The notes under the pieces are model-generated. The model was not told the DNA's origin and did no database searches. It saw nothing but the letters and a program-made list of their open reading frames with translations. A program made the translations under genes and the position numbers. DNA of 62,724 bases, counting the filler, from Dugesia japonica (taxonomy: Eukaryota): the NCBI GenBank assembly GCA_001938525.1. It is 5 parts of 5 records of this genome, joined end to end, with 100 filler letters (N's around TTAATTAATTAA, not from the genome) between each part and the next. Parts side by side here need not be neighbours in the genome. Positions count along the whole stretch, not along the records: positions 25,675 to 37,592 come from MQRL01480814.1; positions 37,693 to 51,978 come from MQRL01485278.1; 3 more parts are not named here. One strand, written 5' to 3'. Below are positions 26,627 to 41,123 of this stretch, piece by piece. The stretch's first letter is position 1. The number at the start of each line of letters is the position of its first letter.

Positions 26627-29316
26627 CTGATTCACAATATTTCACATTTAAATATTCATTCTTCAAGGAATTTTCTAATAAAGAATTCTTCCGATAATAA
26701 ATTATGTATTTTGTAATTAAACCATTTGGGTAAAGTGGAGGTTTCCAAAATAATCGAATTTCATCCGGAGCTTGAGAAACCGCCTCGACTATTTGAGGTG
26801 GTGTTGGCACTGTAATTCGTTTATGCTAAAATTGAAAACTTTAAATTTGGAATTACTTTTAGTTAAGGTTGTAAATGACACGCGATTACTGATTGCCGCT
26901 GAACCTTGTGTAATAAAACGATATTCTAAATAGGCTTGGTAGCTAGTTGCAGGTTTCAAGTCAGAGAGTGAGCACACAAATTCCGCATCATTATCTTGCG
27001 GCCATAAAGATGTCGATTCTATTTTTTCACCAGTTTTATTGTTTTTACATTGAGCTTCAATAACTGACCACCTAGATATGAATATATATTCTGATTCTAA
27101 TTTCATACAAATATCGATTTAAATTATTTTTAATTATATCTTCAAAACTTAGAATAAAAACCCTAATATGCCCAAAATTTTGAAATTAAAATAACATATC
27201 ACAAAACTGATAATACAATATTTCCAATTAATTTATATAGTATTCCATATGCTCGTGCGATTCAGTAACATTTGGAAATATTTTAAAATTATAATAAAAC
27301 TATAAATTATTAATAAATTTTAATAAAATTATAAAACAGATGATAACAACTAATTTAAAATAATTAACATAATTTTCAACTAAACGATTTTATATTGAAA
27401 CAAAATAACTTTAATGATCAGATTAATACAGCAATATTAAAGATACTCATTTTTACAATGACAAATCTAATGATCTTGCATGAATATTGGAAAATAGCTT
27501 GTCTTATTATTTAAAAAAGTGAACGATTTTTAAAGAACATGTATTAGTAATTTTAAAAAACAATGGGGTGAATTAACAAAAAGTTATTTGGTTTGATATA
27601 AATCCTGGAATGGAAAAAAGTAAAGACTCAAATTTCAGCCAATGAAGAACCTAATCTTCCTGTAGATAAATGTAAATTTTGTATCATAGTAATATATAGT
27701 AATATAATAATGTAGTATCTATAGTCATGGGATAGATTGCGATTTATACTTTTATTCATATTTCAATTATTACTTATTCTTTTGATAACTGCGAATTAAA
27801 CATTATATATAATTAAAGTTTCTGCAGTAGAATATATATTGAATAAACATTAAACTGAGCCCGTTACCAAGACACTATGAACGAAAAACATACATCTGAA
27901 GCAGTGATATCACCAGTGTTTATAGCCGGTGTAGTCTAATAATACTCTATTTTATAAATGGTGTGTGCAAAAATATCGCATCCTCTCACTAGAAGGAAGA
28001 AATATGTAAAGGAATATTAAAAAATTTCCGTAGATAAAACTTTTAAACTAACATGTAAATTTTATCGCTTTTTAAGTGAGCGACTTAAATATTTAATTTT
28101 TATTGCTCCAAAAAAACAGTCACTATCAACTATTTACGTAAACAAGCTTGAACGTTAAAGAATTAAAAAATTTTCACTTATTAAAAATTTCTATTTCCTG
28201 AGATTTCTCGAGAAAACATTCATTTCTCGATTTCTGGAGACTTTTAAAAACCATATTCTCGAGATTCTGAAATCTTTCATTTTTATGATTGAAATATTCT
28301 AACATTATCGAATTGATAGTTTATATTTTATAAAATTGTTTGAAATTTAAAAATTTATTTAAAAACATCGAGAATAATTAAATTGATAAGTTCTAGCATT
28401 ATATTTTGTTTTTTCTAAAATTTATTAATACCAATGGTATTTATTTTTTAAAAAAACAAAGAAAATCGATTTCAAATCAAAGCAAAATACTAACTGTGTA
28501 GATTAATTACAATTGAAATAGATAAGAATTACATAATTTATGTCTAGAGATCGATAAATATTTCCTATTACAAATTTTATTCATCATCTCATGTAATGAG
28601 TTTAAAACGGATCACATTTAACTGTTGCCACAATAGTTAGATAGTTATGATAGCCACACCCCCCCCCCGACAGTGAAATTTTGTCCAGTTAACCGGTTAA
28701 ATCTTTTAATGGCTCCTCTTTTGCTTTTTGAATGTATTCAGTACTCTTGTTCAAATCTTCCATTTCTTAGCCTCTTCATGTGATATTTGACATTGTACAC
28801 ATCACATCTTGGTCCAGATATCATATCTGCATAACCATGTTGAATTCCTACTCTATATTTTAATATCATGTCTAGACTATTAAAATAATTAATTAATGTG
28901 ACATGGTGGGTTTTTTCGTTGTCATCATGAAAGTAATAAATTTTCATTAGATTTTAAAAATTTTTTATTATAGCCATTTAATAATTGCTTAAAAATTTGT
29001 TTTAATAATATAAACTGGTCAATCTCATATTTTTAATTTTGTCTGATGAAATATATTACAATTAAGATTTATTTTAAATTGCCTCATTTATTTTCAATTA
29101 AAATTTAATAAATATATCAATTATAAAATACTAGAACTAACATAACAGATGAACAACCAGCATCAGATGAATCACCATTTTGCATATTATTTGATATTGA
29201 TCTATAATATATGAGACCACTCAATACTTGATACGAAGTTCGTACATTCTTCCAAGAAAGAATAACATCTTGAGAATCGATTTCAGTAACCGACAAATTC
29301 AGTTTAACAAAATTAC
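26627..29316 (-). CDS. Insulin-receptor-like protein, FnIII-1/FnIII-2 exons (29316-29142, 27071-26857, 26809-26627)
   Basis: VILSWK...GLIYYR...DAGCSS..WSV; LKPATSYQAYL; PTPP...IRLFWKPPLYPNGLITKYIIYY...KYC follow the InR ectodomain. Splice phases are compatible. L domains and kinase were not seen. Confidence 0.75.
28740..28900 (-). mobile_element. Small Gypsy pol fragment
   Basis: INYFNSLDMILKYRVGIQHGYADMISGPRCDV is homologous to 4310-4410. Confidence 0.75.
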
Positions 29317-29879
29317 CTAACAATGACTTTAAATTAATAAAACAAGCTGTTATTTTAATTTTTCCATCTAAAATCTACTCTAATAATATTCACTCTCAAT
29401 TTCACACCATCTACTTTTATCAAATTTCTTTCAAAAAAATTGATAATTTTAAAAAATTATTATACAAGATTTATTAGATAATTTTCACTCAGGATTTTTA
29501 CAAAAATGGGCAAATGTTAAATCTTATGTGATTAAAAATATCATTAATTGGATGGTTAGACAACTTTAAAAAGTGCGTATTTTTCTATATGCAATTTATT
29601 ACGTCATGTGCAAAAACTCGTATTTTTATACAAAAATTAAAGTATAATTTTATTTAAAAAAAATTAAACTTTATCAATTCAATATTGATAACTTAGATAA
29701 TATTGAACTTTCTGTTGGATGGCCTTTTTCTACCTGTCTGGTAGTAGCATTATTAATGAATGGTTTTGTCATTTAGAAGGTTAAGAATATTCGAAACTCT
29801 AAGGTTTCTTTGGGAGGAACTGATTCAAGTTACTTTTCAAAACCTACAAGCAAGAATGATTCTTATTACGTCAACTATC

Positions 29880-30680
29880 TTGAAGCTATCTAAATATATG
29901 ATAGTCGGATATATCTGATTAGTACGGTGGATGGACTAAAACTTCTCAGCCCAGTTGTAAAAACAGTTTATGTTGGGTAGCCAAAGACGCGTGTGATCTA
30001 GCATTGTCTTGATGAAACACAATACCGGTTTCTACGTTCAAGCCACTTTTGGCTGATTGCTTCCTTTAAATAACTTAGTTGTGAACAGTATTTTTCCGAA
30101 TTAATAGTTTGGTTTTTAGTCAAAGGCTCATAATAAATTATTCCATTGAAATTCCGCCAAATACAAAGCATCGCCGTCCTTGAATATAGACTGGTTTTAG
30201 CTACTATGGAAAATCTCCTGGCTTAACATTATTATATTCTAACCATTTTTCAGCCCTGGTTACCATGCATAGATCGATTTTGTTACTCTTTAATAGAGAT
30301 TAGCAAGTATAAATTATGTCCTGTAAATTTTTCGGCGTTAATTGAAGCGGCAACCCAGCATCGCATTTAGTAGCCATTTTAAGTTGATGTAAACGTTTCG
30401 GTACTGGTGAATAGTTAATATCAAATATTTTTCCAATATATTCGATTTTTCTATGTCGATCACTCTAAATAAGCGCCAATATGTCATCGTTATCGGTCTC
30501 AAGATGTCGTCCGGAACGTGGTGAATAAGTAAGATTAAAATATTTCTTGTGAAAATTTCTGAATCTCTTAAGACACGTGAAATCATAAATACCACTTTCA
30601 CCGTACACAAAGCATATCTTCTAATGGGTCTGAAGTATTTTTGTACTTCTGGAAATAAACAAAACCTGATAAGATTAAAT
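29880..30680 (-). mobile_element. mariner transposase remnant
   Basis: CMVTRAEKW, MLCIWRNFNGIIYYE...TINSEKYCSQL and a decayed HPPY region. Confidence 0.75.
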
Positions 30681-31019
30681 TGCTCTTTTCTATATTTTAT
30701 TTTAAATGTTACCAAATTTGAAAAATTTAGTTTTTTTTGAAATAATTTTCTTACAGTTGGTTCATTTAAATAATATTAAAAATTTACATGTACCAACGTT
30801 TAATACTTTACTAATTTCAATTAAATAAAATTTGTAAAAGGTGCGAATTAATATACATGGTTTTGANAAGTCTCTCTCTTATTTAATTCGTCAAGTACTC
30901 ACATAAAACAAAAAGCAGTCAAAAATAAAAACATTTGTTATATAATTTATTTATTAAAGATTTTAGGGATCATAGGATTTCCCATCAGTTTAAACACATT
31001 GCACAGAAAACGTTGAAAG

Positions 31020-31330
31020 GCCAACACGACATTTATTAGGAAATTGGTAGGTTATTTTAGAACATTTATTTGAGATGAATTCCATTAGTTGCTCATTATT
31101 TCATGGTTTCGCTTGTAAACTTCATTTTTCCGGTAACCCCAAAAGAAAAAAAAATCAGGAGAAGCAAAGTCTGTGGATCGCACAGGCTATACAAAAATAC
31201 CACCCCATCTAATCCAGTGTGATGGAAAATTTTCATTAAGAAATTTTCGAACATCTATCACGTAATGCACGTTTTATTGAAATTAAGTTTTCTGTAACAG
31301 TTTTTTTTCGTTTAAGTAACGAAACTACAG
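31020..31330 (-). mobile_element. Tc1/mariner transposase C-terminal remnant
   Basis: WI.WG...RSTDFASPDFFFFWGYRKNEVYK resembles WPPRSPDL.PLDFFLWGYLK..VY. Confidence 0.6.
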
Positions 31331-33313
31331 ATTCTTTCTTTATTTTTTACTAGCTTAATTCCCTACGAACTTGGATACATGATTGATATCGAGCCATCGG
31401 CAAAACAATTTCCGTCCTTTCTATAATTGTTAGCATTTTGAAATTTTGGATTTTCGAATATTAAAATGAATGGCAATTTAATATACTTATACTAAATAAA
31501 ATAAATGTTTCAACTATCTAAACCTTTTTATTTTGGGAATATTATGCAAAATAAATTAAGAAAAGACTAAGGTTTCTGGTTCTGATATATCCGAACCTCA
31601 AAACCGCAGTTTTCTGTTAATAAAACGAAATCGTCATAAAAAACCGCGATTTTCGGTTTTATTTAAAAATATTTAAGAAAAGAAAAGCTCCTGTACGGGA
31701 AGAAAATAATCATCCACACCTATAAAGGATTAAAATTTGTTCATCATTGTCCGATTTTTCACTCATATACTTACTTAACCCTTTACTTAGGCCGCATGAA
31801 CTTTTATAACATCATTTTATGTGTGGTTTTACAATATTTCAAAAAAAATTCAAACCTAATTGTAAAGAAAGTGAATGAGAATTTTTTATTTATAATGTAG
31901 AAAAACGTTGTTGTTTAAATATTGCAGATATTACGGAGAATTTTGAATTAAGCGTTATAACGAAAGAATAAAATAAACATTTTTATCGAGTCGTATTTAG
32001 TCAATTGTATTTAATTTTATTATAAATTTTTATTATTAACATTTTTTTAATTTTTTTAAAATTGAAATAACTGTCTATTTTCTTATTCATTAAGTAATAT
32101 TTTAAATTTTTTCTTCAAAAAATGTCTGAAAGAAGTAGAGTATGTAAATATTTCAACAAATTAATAAGTGACTAAAAAGCAGAATACATGAAATTGCCAA
32201 TGTTAGAGAGTCTACAGGAGCGATGCAAAATCATTTGTTAAAGATTGATAACTTATCAAACAACCAGTACATCAGTCATACTTTACAAATTTATTAAAGT
32301 TACACATCCATTTGAGAAGCGCGTTTATATACAATTGATTTTCATATAGTATTATGCTCTAAATATAACAAAAAAAAAAGTACTACGTAATACAATTTCA
32401 AATTGTATTCAGAACAAATTCTGAATTATTATAAAATTCTAAAAAACAATAAATCATAAATTATAAAAACTAATAATTGCAAATTAAACCAAAGTAATCA
32501 ATATTGTAAATTCCTAAAATTGTTAATCGGTGTTCCAATAGCCATATTTAAGATTCGCTATTAATGATAATTTTTCACAACATACCAATAAAAATAAGAA
32601 ATTGTATATAATATAAATAAAAAAACTAATAATATATATATCTAAAAACGGTCTTCAATATAATTTTAAACATTAACACCCTGAAACTGACAAGCATGCA
32701 TGCACTTTTGCAAATTAGCTTTTATTAAGAAAAACGTATGTACATCAAATGCACTTAAAATTCTGAATTTGCAACCCTGTTACCTCGAAAAAGTTCATAA
32801 CAAAAGGTTAAAAGCGTGCGGAGACAAAGTGCGCGATATTAATAATGTAAATTTTGATAAATCCTGTTACTTCGAAATTAAATATTATTTATAAGCTTCT
32901 TAAATTTTTAGAATAAAGTCTTTTATTGAAAGTAAGCTAAAAATAGGAAACCACAACTTTATAAATTCATTTTATCTATTTTTCCAAAATCTTTTAGGAG
33001 CACTGAAAATCTTAAATGGTAAAAAATAAACGGCGGTTTCGAAATTTTTCTTTTAATGACTTTTTCAATAAAATTTTGTTTTATTATTCTCCAGTAAACC
33101 ATTTTTTTGATGGGTTTTTTCTGTTTCAAGTTAATTATTGAAATTTTTTTTCTGGCATTCATTGAAAAAAAAACGAACAAACAGGTCAGAATAATTTTTT
33201 TGAGTTCAAAAAAGATAATAAAGTTGAGCAAAACGTTCGAAATATCGATTGTATATTTGGAAAAGAACCACAAACAAATGTTTGTTTTGAAAATTTAGAA
33301 ATGGAGATGAAGG

Positions 33314-33767
33314 CAGTGGTGCAGGAAAGGTGGGGGAATGGTGGAGGTCCGCTCTGGTTGGCTCTTTTGTTTCCATTAATCAAGGAAGCGAGATTAATTA
33401 CCCAGATAAATTTTATTCCGATATACCGGTTTCATAATTATTTAAAAATATTCCCCTCTAATTTTATTTCTAACAATAAAAAAGGCACCGAATTAAATCA
33501 TTTTTCCACATGTTGTTTTAATGCTTTTCAACAATAACCGAGAAGAAATTTCATTTTATTTTAAATGTTATATTTACTTTAGTTTTTTTATTTTAAGATT
33601 TTTGTATTTTATCACTAAAATAACTAAATACATTTTAATAAAATATTTTTAAAAAGAAAAAAATTATAGTTTTGACGTTTTTATATATAAATAATATATA
33701 TTAAATTGAGAGGGTATTCAAATTTTAGGGACCTCTCCAGGTGGCATATACCTTCTCTACGCCACTG
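33314..33767. mobile_element. hAT-type MITE
   Basis: Imperfect TIRs CAGTGGTGCAGGAAAGG / CCTTCTCTACGCCACTG; the TSD is only partly matching. Confidence 0.55.
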
Positions 33768-34433
33768 AACGAATGTCTTGAAGATGAAGATGAAGAGAAT
33801 AAAAAATCAAAGGGGGTAAAATGTACATATTAATTAGTATTATTATTTATGTAAATTCAAATAATTTTTCTTTTCAGTAAATATTTTACTCTTTAAAAAT
33901 ATATAAAACAAAACACAGAATTACTCAAGAATATCTATATTATTAAGCATATCAAACATAGAAAAATTATGATAAATTGACTATTTTATTTAATTATCGA
34001 AATTTATGTTAAATATTTTAAAAATTTAAAATTAAAAATATTTTCTAAACTAATAAATATTTTAAAGCAATTAAATTTAGAATATTTCAACAAAAACCAT
34101 AAATCTATATTTGTTATTATTTATTATTTTGTGTTTTCGAACATTTTTTTGATAACTTTTCAGTTGCTTTTTCGTGAACAATTGCATTTAAAAAATGATA
34201 TAAAATTATATTATTTAGTTATTAAAATTGTAATTATTTTTCTATTTCAACCATTGATTAAATTCTAAATTTTAATTAAATAAATAAAATTAATTTTCGG
34301 ATTTGAAAATTTTGACAAAATAAACTTATGGCTTTGTCAGAGAACAATTTTTCAATAATAAATAGTTTTCAAAAATTCAAATATTAAATATATTATTTCG
34401 ATATGCTTTCGATTTTATTTTCATACCTGAAAT

Positions 34434-34820
34434 CATCGCTCCGCAAACGGTGTGCCTTGAGGCGATACAAGTGTGCCGAGGTCAAATAAAAAAATTCTAA
34501 CTTAACAATTTTTCAAAGGTCCTTTCTTAGAAAGAAAATAACGGGAATACGTGTAATAAAGAGAACACCTGTAATAAAACAATCTTAATAAAATATATTG
34601 AAGAATCCGAATATAAAACTTTTGTGTTACATTGAAACAAGCGCAAATATCACATTAATCAGTCATTGTTCTCTAATAATTGAAGATATTTCATAAAAGA
34701 AAATATAGTCTGGTTTTCTCTATGCTTACTTAATACAAATTATTATGTATATACGTTTAATTTTTTATGTGTCGCAGAATACTGGGGGGAACTTTGGTGT
34801 AAAAAGGCAGCGAAGTACTG
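34434..34820. mobile_element. hAT-type MITE, with an inverted second copy at ~36520-36800
   Basis: 34500-34800 is the reverse complement of 36560-36800 (e.g. ACATTGAAACAAGC, TCAGTCATTGTTCT). Confidence 0.65.
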
Positions 34821-35787
34821 CCTTAAATTATTTTGATTTAACACATTAAAGCATCAAGAAAATGTTGATAATTTAGAAAAGGAAAATATAGTAAAGTATG
34901 TATATTAGTTAAATTGAGAACTTCACAATTATTCATGATTTTTTATTCAAAATCACAATTGTTTTATTTAAGTTGAAAAAATGAAAGAATAATCTATCAT
35001 ATTTAAACAAATAATCCATATCTGAGAATTATAAATTTTATTTAAAAATATCGATTTTTTAAAAAAAACATACACATTCGATATTTTCTAAAAAATATGC
35101 ATTTCAATAATTCTTCAAAAATAATCTTATAATTTTTGAAAACATTTTTCAAAATAATTTTTAATATTTAAAAAATCGGTAATATATTTCCTACTATAAA
35201 TATTTCTAAAAAAAATATTCCTATTATAATTTGAAAAATATTTTCATTCAAAATAATTTTTAATATAATACAATACAAACCATTTAATATAATATAACAA
35301 TTATTTAAATTAAATTACATTTTCAAAAAACTTTCGAAAAAAATGTCTTCTATTTCAAAAATATTGAATTTACTTTTTTAATATGAAATATAATTTTTAA
35401 AAATATTTTGAAAATAATTTTAATATAATAGATTATAATATATCCAAAATTATTTAAATTAAATTAAAAAATTCTCCCATATATACATCATCTATGAATT
35501 ATTCTTACAATGTATATAGTAGAGAGATAAACCGGCACCCCTAATGAGAATTTTTTTTTTCCCAGCTGATTCTTTTTCATGAAAATTCGACTCAAATCAA
35601 AAATTATTCATACATTGCCTAAAAAAATATTATACAAAAATCGGTCCTTTTCAATATAAATGGTAGGTCAGTCATCGAACACTTTATTAATAATAGTTAT
35701 AATTATATTTATAAATTATAATAATACTTAAAACATTTTTGCTATCATTCAATTCGGTGCTAAAAACTGCTTATGTATTGTTTAAAG

Positions 35788-36511
35788 CAGTGATCGGCAA
35801 ACTTTTTAGCCAAAGAGCCAAATATGGACATTGTAACAATTTTAAAAAAATTGGGAGCCAAATCAGCTTGTTTAGTAAATTTTATTACATAAAATAAGTA
35901 TTACACTAAATAAAACTAAATTTCACATTTAATAATATCTATTAATGTGCTAGCATCTCCTTTGAAAGTTTGACTAAGTCAGGTTTGTATGTCGTTGTTT
36001 TGAATTTTAGGCATGATTCCAAGTTCTCATCAATAAGACGACTTCTCAGTTTACTATTGATAACGTTTATGCTTGGAAAAGATTTTTCGCATATATAAGT
36101 AGAACCGAAAATGGAAAGAACAGCTGATCGTAAGAGTCAGGAATACTATTCCAAGCGTTGAAAATGATCATGTCTTCCTTCTCAAGGTCATTCAAAGCAG
36201 ACCACTTGTGTTTTGAACTAAGATCTGATTTTTTCTTCTCCAATATTTCCAATTCAACAGCAAAAACGTTCGAATTTAGAGCGCCATATNTCCTTGTTTT
36301 TTAAATCCAGCAATTGTATTTCAAAGCTACCAATGTCAATTCCAAGCGTAGAAAATTCTAATTCGGTTATCGTAGAATTAAGAGATGTAATTTTTTGCGT
36401 GTTTTTTTAAATGAAAAATTATTGCGCCTTCCGTAAATATTTGTTTCAGAGCCGATCTTAAGGAACCAAAGAGCCACATGCGGCTCTGGAGCCGCACTTT
36501 GCCGACAACTG
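35788..36511 (-). mobile_element. Non-autonomous hAT (SPIN/GTF2IRD2-like) element
   Basis: TIRs CAGTGATCGGCAAA / TTTGCCGACAACTG and 8-bp TSD GTTTAAAG/GTCTAAAG. Internal FGSTYICEKSFPS...KLRSRLIDENLESCLK...YKPDL. Confidence 0.88.
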
Positions 36512-37399
36512 GTCTAAAGCAATGCTCCGCAACCTTTTCTCGCCTATGACACGCCAAAGTTTCCCCAAAATTCTGCGGCACATCAAAAACTAAACTATAT
36601 AGATAATAATTTGAAACATAAAATGTCTTTAATTATTATAGAACAATGACTGATATCTGAGCTTGTTTCAATGTACACAAAAGTTTTATATTCGAATTTT
36701 TCAATATATTTTATTAAAAGATTCTTTTATTACTAGTATTCTCTTTATTGCACTAATTCACGTTATTTTGTTTCTAGGAAAGGATCTTTGAAAAATTATT
36801 ACTGCCCTAAAAGATTACTATTGACATATGCTTCTTTATCAAGATAAAGAGTGTGTAGCATTAAGCTACTCCGGGTGAGAAGGACTTTTTGTTAAAGTGC
36901 TTCAGAATTTGACTTTTCAAAAATTTGTGTTTCGACTTTTATTTTTTAATTTAGTGTTATGTGATTTTTTTGATGAAAGTTTTTCATATGACTATTTACA
37001 AAAACAAATAATAATTAATAACACATGCAAAGAAATATTTATTAAAATTCAGTTATGCTATCTGCAATTTCAATACGTTCTTCAATTGCCTATGTGCAAG
37101 GCAGTGTTAAGAAATTCGGAGCCCGTGGAATACTAAAAATAATGCGCCCCTCTTCGTAAGAAAATTCACAGAATAGCAAACGGGAGTGGGGTGTCCGGCA
37201 AAGTTATAAAAAAGTGTCAGAACTAGAAAAAATCGATTTTTTACCTATAAACAGAAACATAAACACAAAATTGAAATAAAGAAAATTAAAAAACCTTTAA
37301 GAACAAAAACAAAGCTCAATGCAAACGAGAAACAAAAGTAATTTATATATTTATTTTCCTAGCTTTGTCTTTAGTAAACTGATCAATAATATTCCTCGT

Positions 37400-37490
37400 A
37401 TTTAACCTATCATATAAATCTCTCTCAATTGATAAAATACTTAAATCATTGAATTTGCTCTGTCCCAAAGAAGATCGTAGGTTTAGAGTA
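37400..37490 (-). mobile_element. hAT dimerization-domain scrap
   Basis: LRSSLGQSKFNDLSILSIERDL. Confidence 0.6.
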
Positions 37491-37692
37491 TCATAAATTA
37501 TTGTAATATCGTTTGTCATTCCAGCATATTTGAATATAAAAATCAGTTAAATATTTTAAGAAATCGTTTTAATTTTTAAAAATACGAGAAAANNNNNNNN
37601 NNNNNNNNNNNNNNNNNNNNNNNNNNNNNNNNNNNNTTAATTAATTAANNNNNNNNNNNNNNNNNNNNNNNNNNNNNNNNNNNNNNNNNNNN

Positions 37693-37760
<68 letters not shown>

Positions 37761-39461
37761 GATAAGGAAATGTAATGTGTTAATAGTTGAAGTTATAATA
37801 ATAATAATAGTAGTAGTAATTATAAAAATGGGGTACCAGCTACATTTCGCATACGCCATGTCAAAAAGTGATGGGTTACCAACTACGTTACCCATATGCC
37901 AAGTACCAAAGGTGGTTAGGAATAAACTAGATTAGACATAGAAAAAACCGATAAAAGTGGTGAATTATGAATATGAATTTGGTATTTCTGTCTGGTATTT
38001 TGATTATTTCGATAATTTTTTTTATAAATTAAATTATGTTTATTATAAAATGGCTACAAACACAATTTACGAGTGTAAGAAATGTAATAAAAGATTTACA
38101 AATAAGAAATATTTAAAAAGACAAGCAATTTTGTTTAAATAAAAAAGAAGACTGTGTTTGTAATATATGAAATAGAAAATTTAAAGCATTGTCTGGCTTA
38201 AAAAGTCATCGAAAAGGTAAAAAAATTAATAAAGATTTAAATGTAGAGAGAGAATATATATATACATATCCACTATTTTGGTCTATTTTGTCAGATTTTC
38301 TCATATTTTACCGCATTTTACCATATATTCTTTATATTTATGTATTAAGTTTCAAACGATCATAGTAACTCATGGTTTATTGTATTAAATAAAGGATTGC
38401 ATCCATTAAAATTTGAGTTTAATATATGTTTCAACATGAGAAATATGAGTTTTATCTTGTGAAATATATATATTCCTTTTCGTTCCTTGCTTATTGACAT
38501 CACTGCTTGCTCTTTGGTTTTGTGGGTTTCATTTTCTTTTAAATATTAAATTATCAATAAATAAATTTATGGTCTCATCAATAAGAATATAAAAACTACT
38601 GGTTTTATCATTGATATTTATTGATATTTGCCACACTTAGACTAACACAGGAACGAGCAAATAATACTTATTCGATTCTTTCTTATTCAAACTACGTTTC
38701 GCTTCATTCTCAATAAGTTTCGTTTTTTTGCATTGTTAGAAAAATGATAAGTAAGGAAAAGAGAGAGAAGAATCAAATTTACTGAAACTCGTGAGATTCA
38801 ATCTGAAATTTTATAGTAGTCAATAAAGATTTTATGAAATTTCACAGATGTCGATAAATATTGTCTGAAATTTCACAGTAGCCGGTAACACACTCAAACA
38901 ACCTTCACCCAAAAATTATACCATCAAAATCAACCCAAATACCCAGAATAAAAACAATACCTCCAAAAAAATATTTCCCGCCAAATTTTTTAAATTCAAA
39001 AAAAATTAAAACCAAATTTAAAATTCCTCAAAAATACTCCATGGATTTAAACAACATCAATTGTTTTTTCAAATTTAATCCGTTCAAAAATCTGATTGGC
39101 TCGAAATTCTTAAATCAATAAATTCACGATAACATAATGCATAGTTTTTCAGATCAGTTACATATTTCCGCTAGGGGCAGATGATCTGATGCGCTCACAT
39201 CTACCTACTTTTAATGAAAGATAAAAAAATATACAATTGATTCAAAAGATTTATTCATCCTGAAAACCTATATAATAAAAATTTTAAATCGATAACATGA
39301 TTTAAATCAATAAATAAACAATAAATGAAAACGGGTAAAAGAATCTCAAATTACAAATTATGTTTTACTATAAAAATGTACCAAATAATATAAAATAATT
39401 TTATGAAATTAATTTCGAATTTGAAATAGAAAACATTTGATTTCATCAAAAAACNNNNNNA

Positions 39462-41074
39462 CCTGTTTTACAGTATTTGCCAATGTATTTTGAAGGTCCA
39501 CAATCACAATAAAACTGTCCACGCCAAAGATCAATACAATGACCATTATTTGAACACGAAGCTGAGTTACAAACCGGTTTGCAATAAGGAAGAATCATTT
39601 CTCCAACATGATATCCAGATGTCGCAAGTTTTAATTGGACATGTTTAATTGTGAAAAACATCACACATCCCAATAAATTGGTATAATAAATTCTCAATGC
39701 CGCAATATTTTGAAATTTTTGTGTATTCTTAGAAGATGGCGTGTTTCCGATCCATATAAAAACTTCAGAACTTCTTTTAGAGTTGTTAAAAATTGGTATA
39801 GGCAAATAAAATGATTCTAATTATTGTATTAAACTTATAAATAAATAAATAANNNNNNNNNNNNNNNNNNNNNNNNNNNNNNNNNNNNNNNNNNNNNNNN
39901 NNNNNNNNNNNNNNNNNNNNTATAAAAAATTTACCACGAAACATATCCAAGTATATTGATTGTAGAGGTTTCTGAGGTTTATCATAGTTAAAAGTTTCAT
40001 ATTTACCATTAGAATGTATTTTTAATTCATTCTCGTCAAAGTGAAATGTCATATTGAATTCATTTTCATTCTTAGTGATGTCTATTTAAATTAATAATTA
40101 TATTAATTAATTAATATATATTGATAAAATTTATAAATTTGAGTCTTGATATAAATTTCATTTTTACCATTTTATTCACATAATTATTCACATATTGTCA
40201 CCTTAATATAGACAACTCCATTGAAAATAGACTCTCTAATGTGTTTTATTAGCCAATTAATCATAAACTTCTAACATAAAAATTTATTCAATTATTAAAA
40301 TTCTAACCATTTATTCAAAAACCTATTATTAACCTTTTAAATTAATTAATTAATCAATTCTCAAAATTTATGAAGTTTTAAAATTAATCAAATAGTTTAT
40401 TTACCACCAATGAAAAGCGAGACCAGTAGAGTGAGAAAATAAGGAAAGAGTGAACACATGTGAAGAGCGGGAACACCATTGATAACTAAAGATGATTTTA
40501 CAATTGACTGAAGACTAGCACACAATGGGCAGAGTTTGGATAACTGAATAACAGTTCACGGTTAGCAGAGCAATGATAGAAAAGACCAATGAAAAGTAAA
40601 TTATCCCCTAAAGGANNNNNNNNNNNNNNNNNNNNNNNNNNNNNNNNNNNNNNNNNNNNNNNNNNNNNNNNTAATTTTAACAGTAATACTGTTTGGAATC
40701 ATCCATTATTTAATATTACTAGAAAACTAGTTACATGAAGTATAAGATAGTTTTTGTAAACAGATTAAAATTTTTTGTATTTTAAAGCTGAATCTATTAA
40801 AATCAGATGTATTTGGATTTGTAATAGTAAAACAGCATCTCTGTAGTTAAGAACTACATTTATTTCTTAAGTTTTTACTTCGTCTTTTATGTTTACTCAC
40901 TCTTTTATTAATTTAAATATATCTTTTACTTTTCTATTTTTCCTGATTTGATTTTATTTTTAATCCTTTTGTCGTTACAACAATTCATTATTAGTTCTTT
41001 TGTTAAGTCATCTTTGTTACATTTATGAGCCATTAACTTCTCTACCATTTTTTCTATCATTGAATCGCCATTAC

Positions 41075-41123
<49 letters not shown>

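Noticed and set aside
32700-33537. Cluster of overlapping short ORFs
   Set aside because: Low-complexity AT-rich translations with no motifs, partly overlapping a MITE.
37641-37895. ORF with a poly-Asn tract
   Set aside because: Produced by an (AAT)n microsatellite running into a gap.
38049-38142. C2H2-like peptide YECKKCNKRFTNKKYLKRQ
   Set aside because: A single incomplete finger lacking the His residues and followed by a stop; too little to call a gene.
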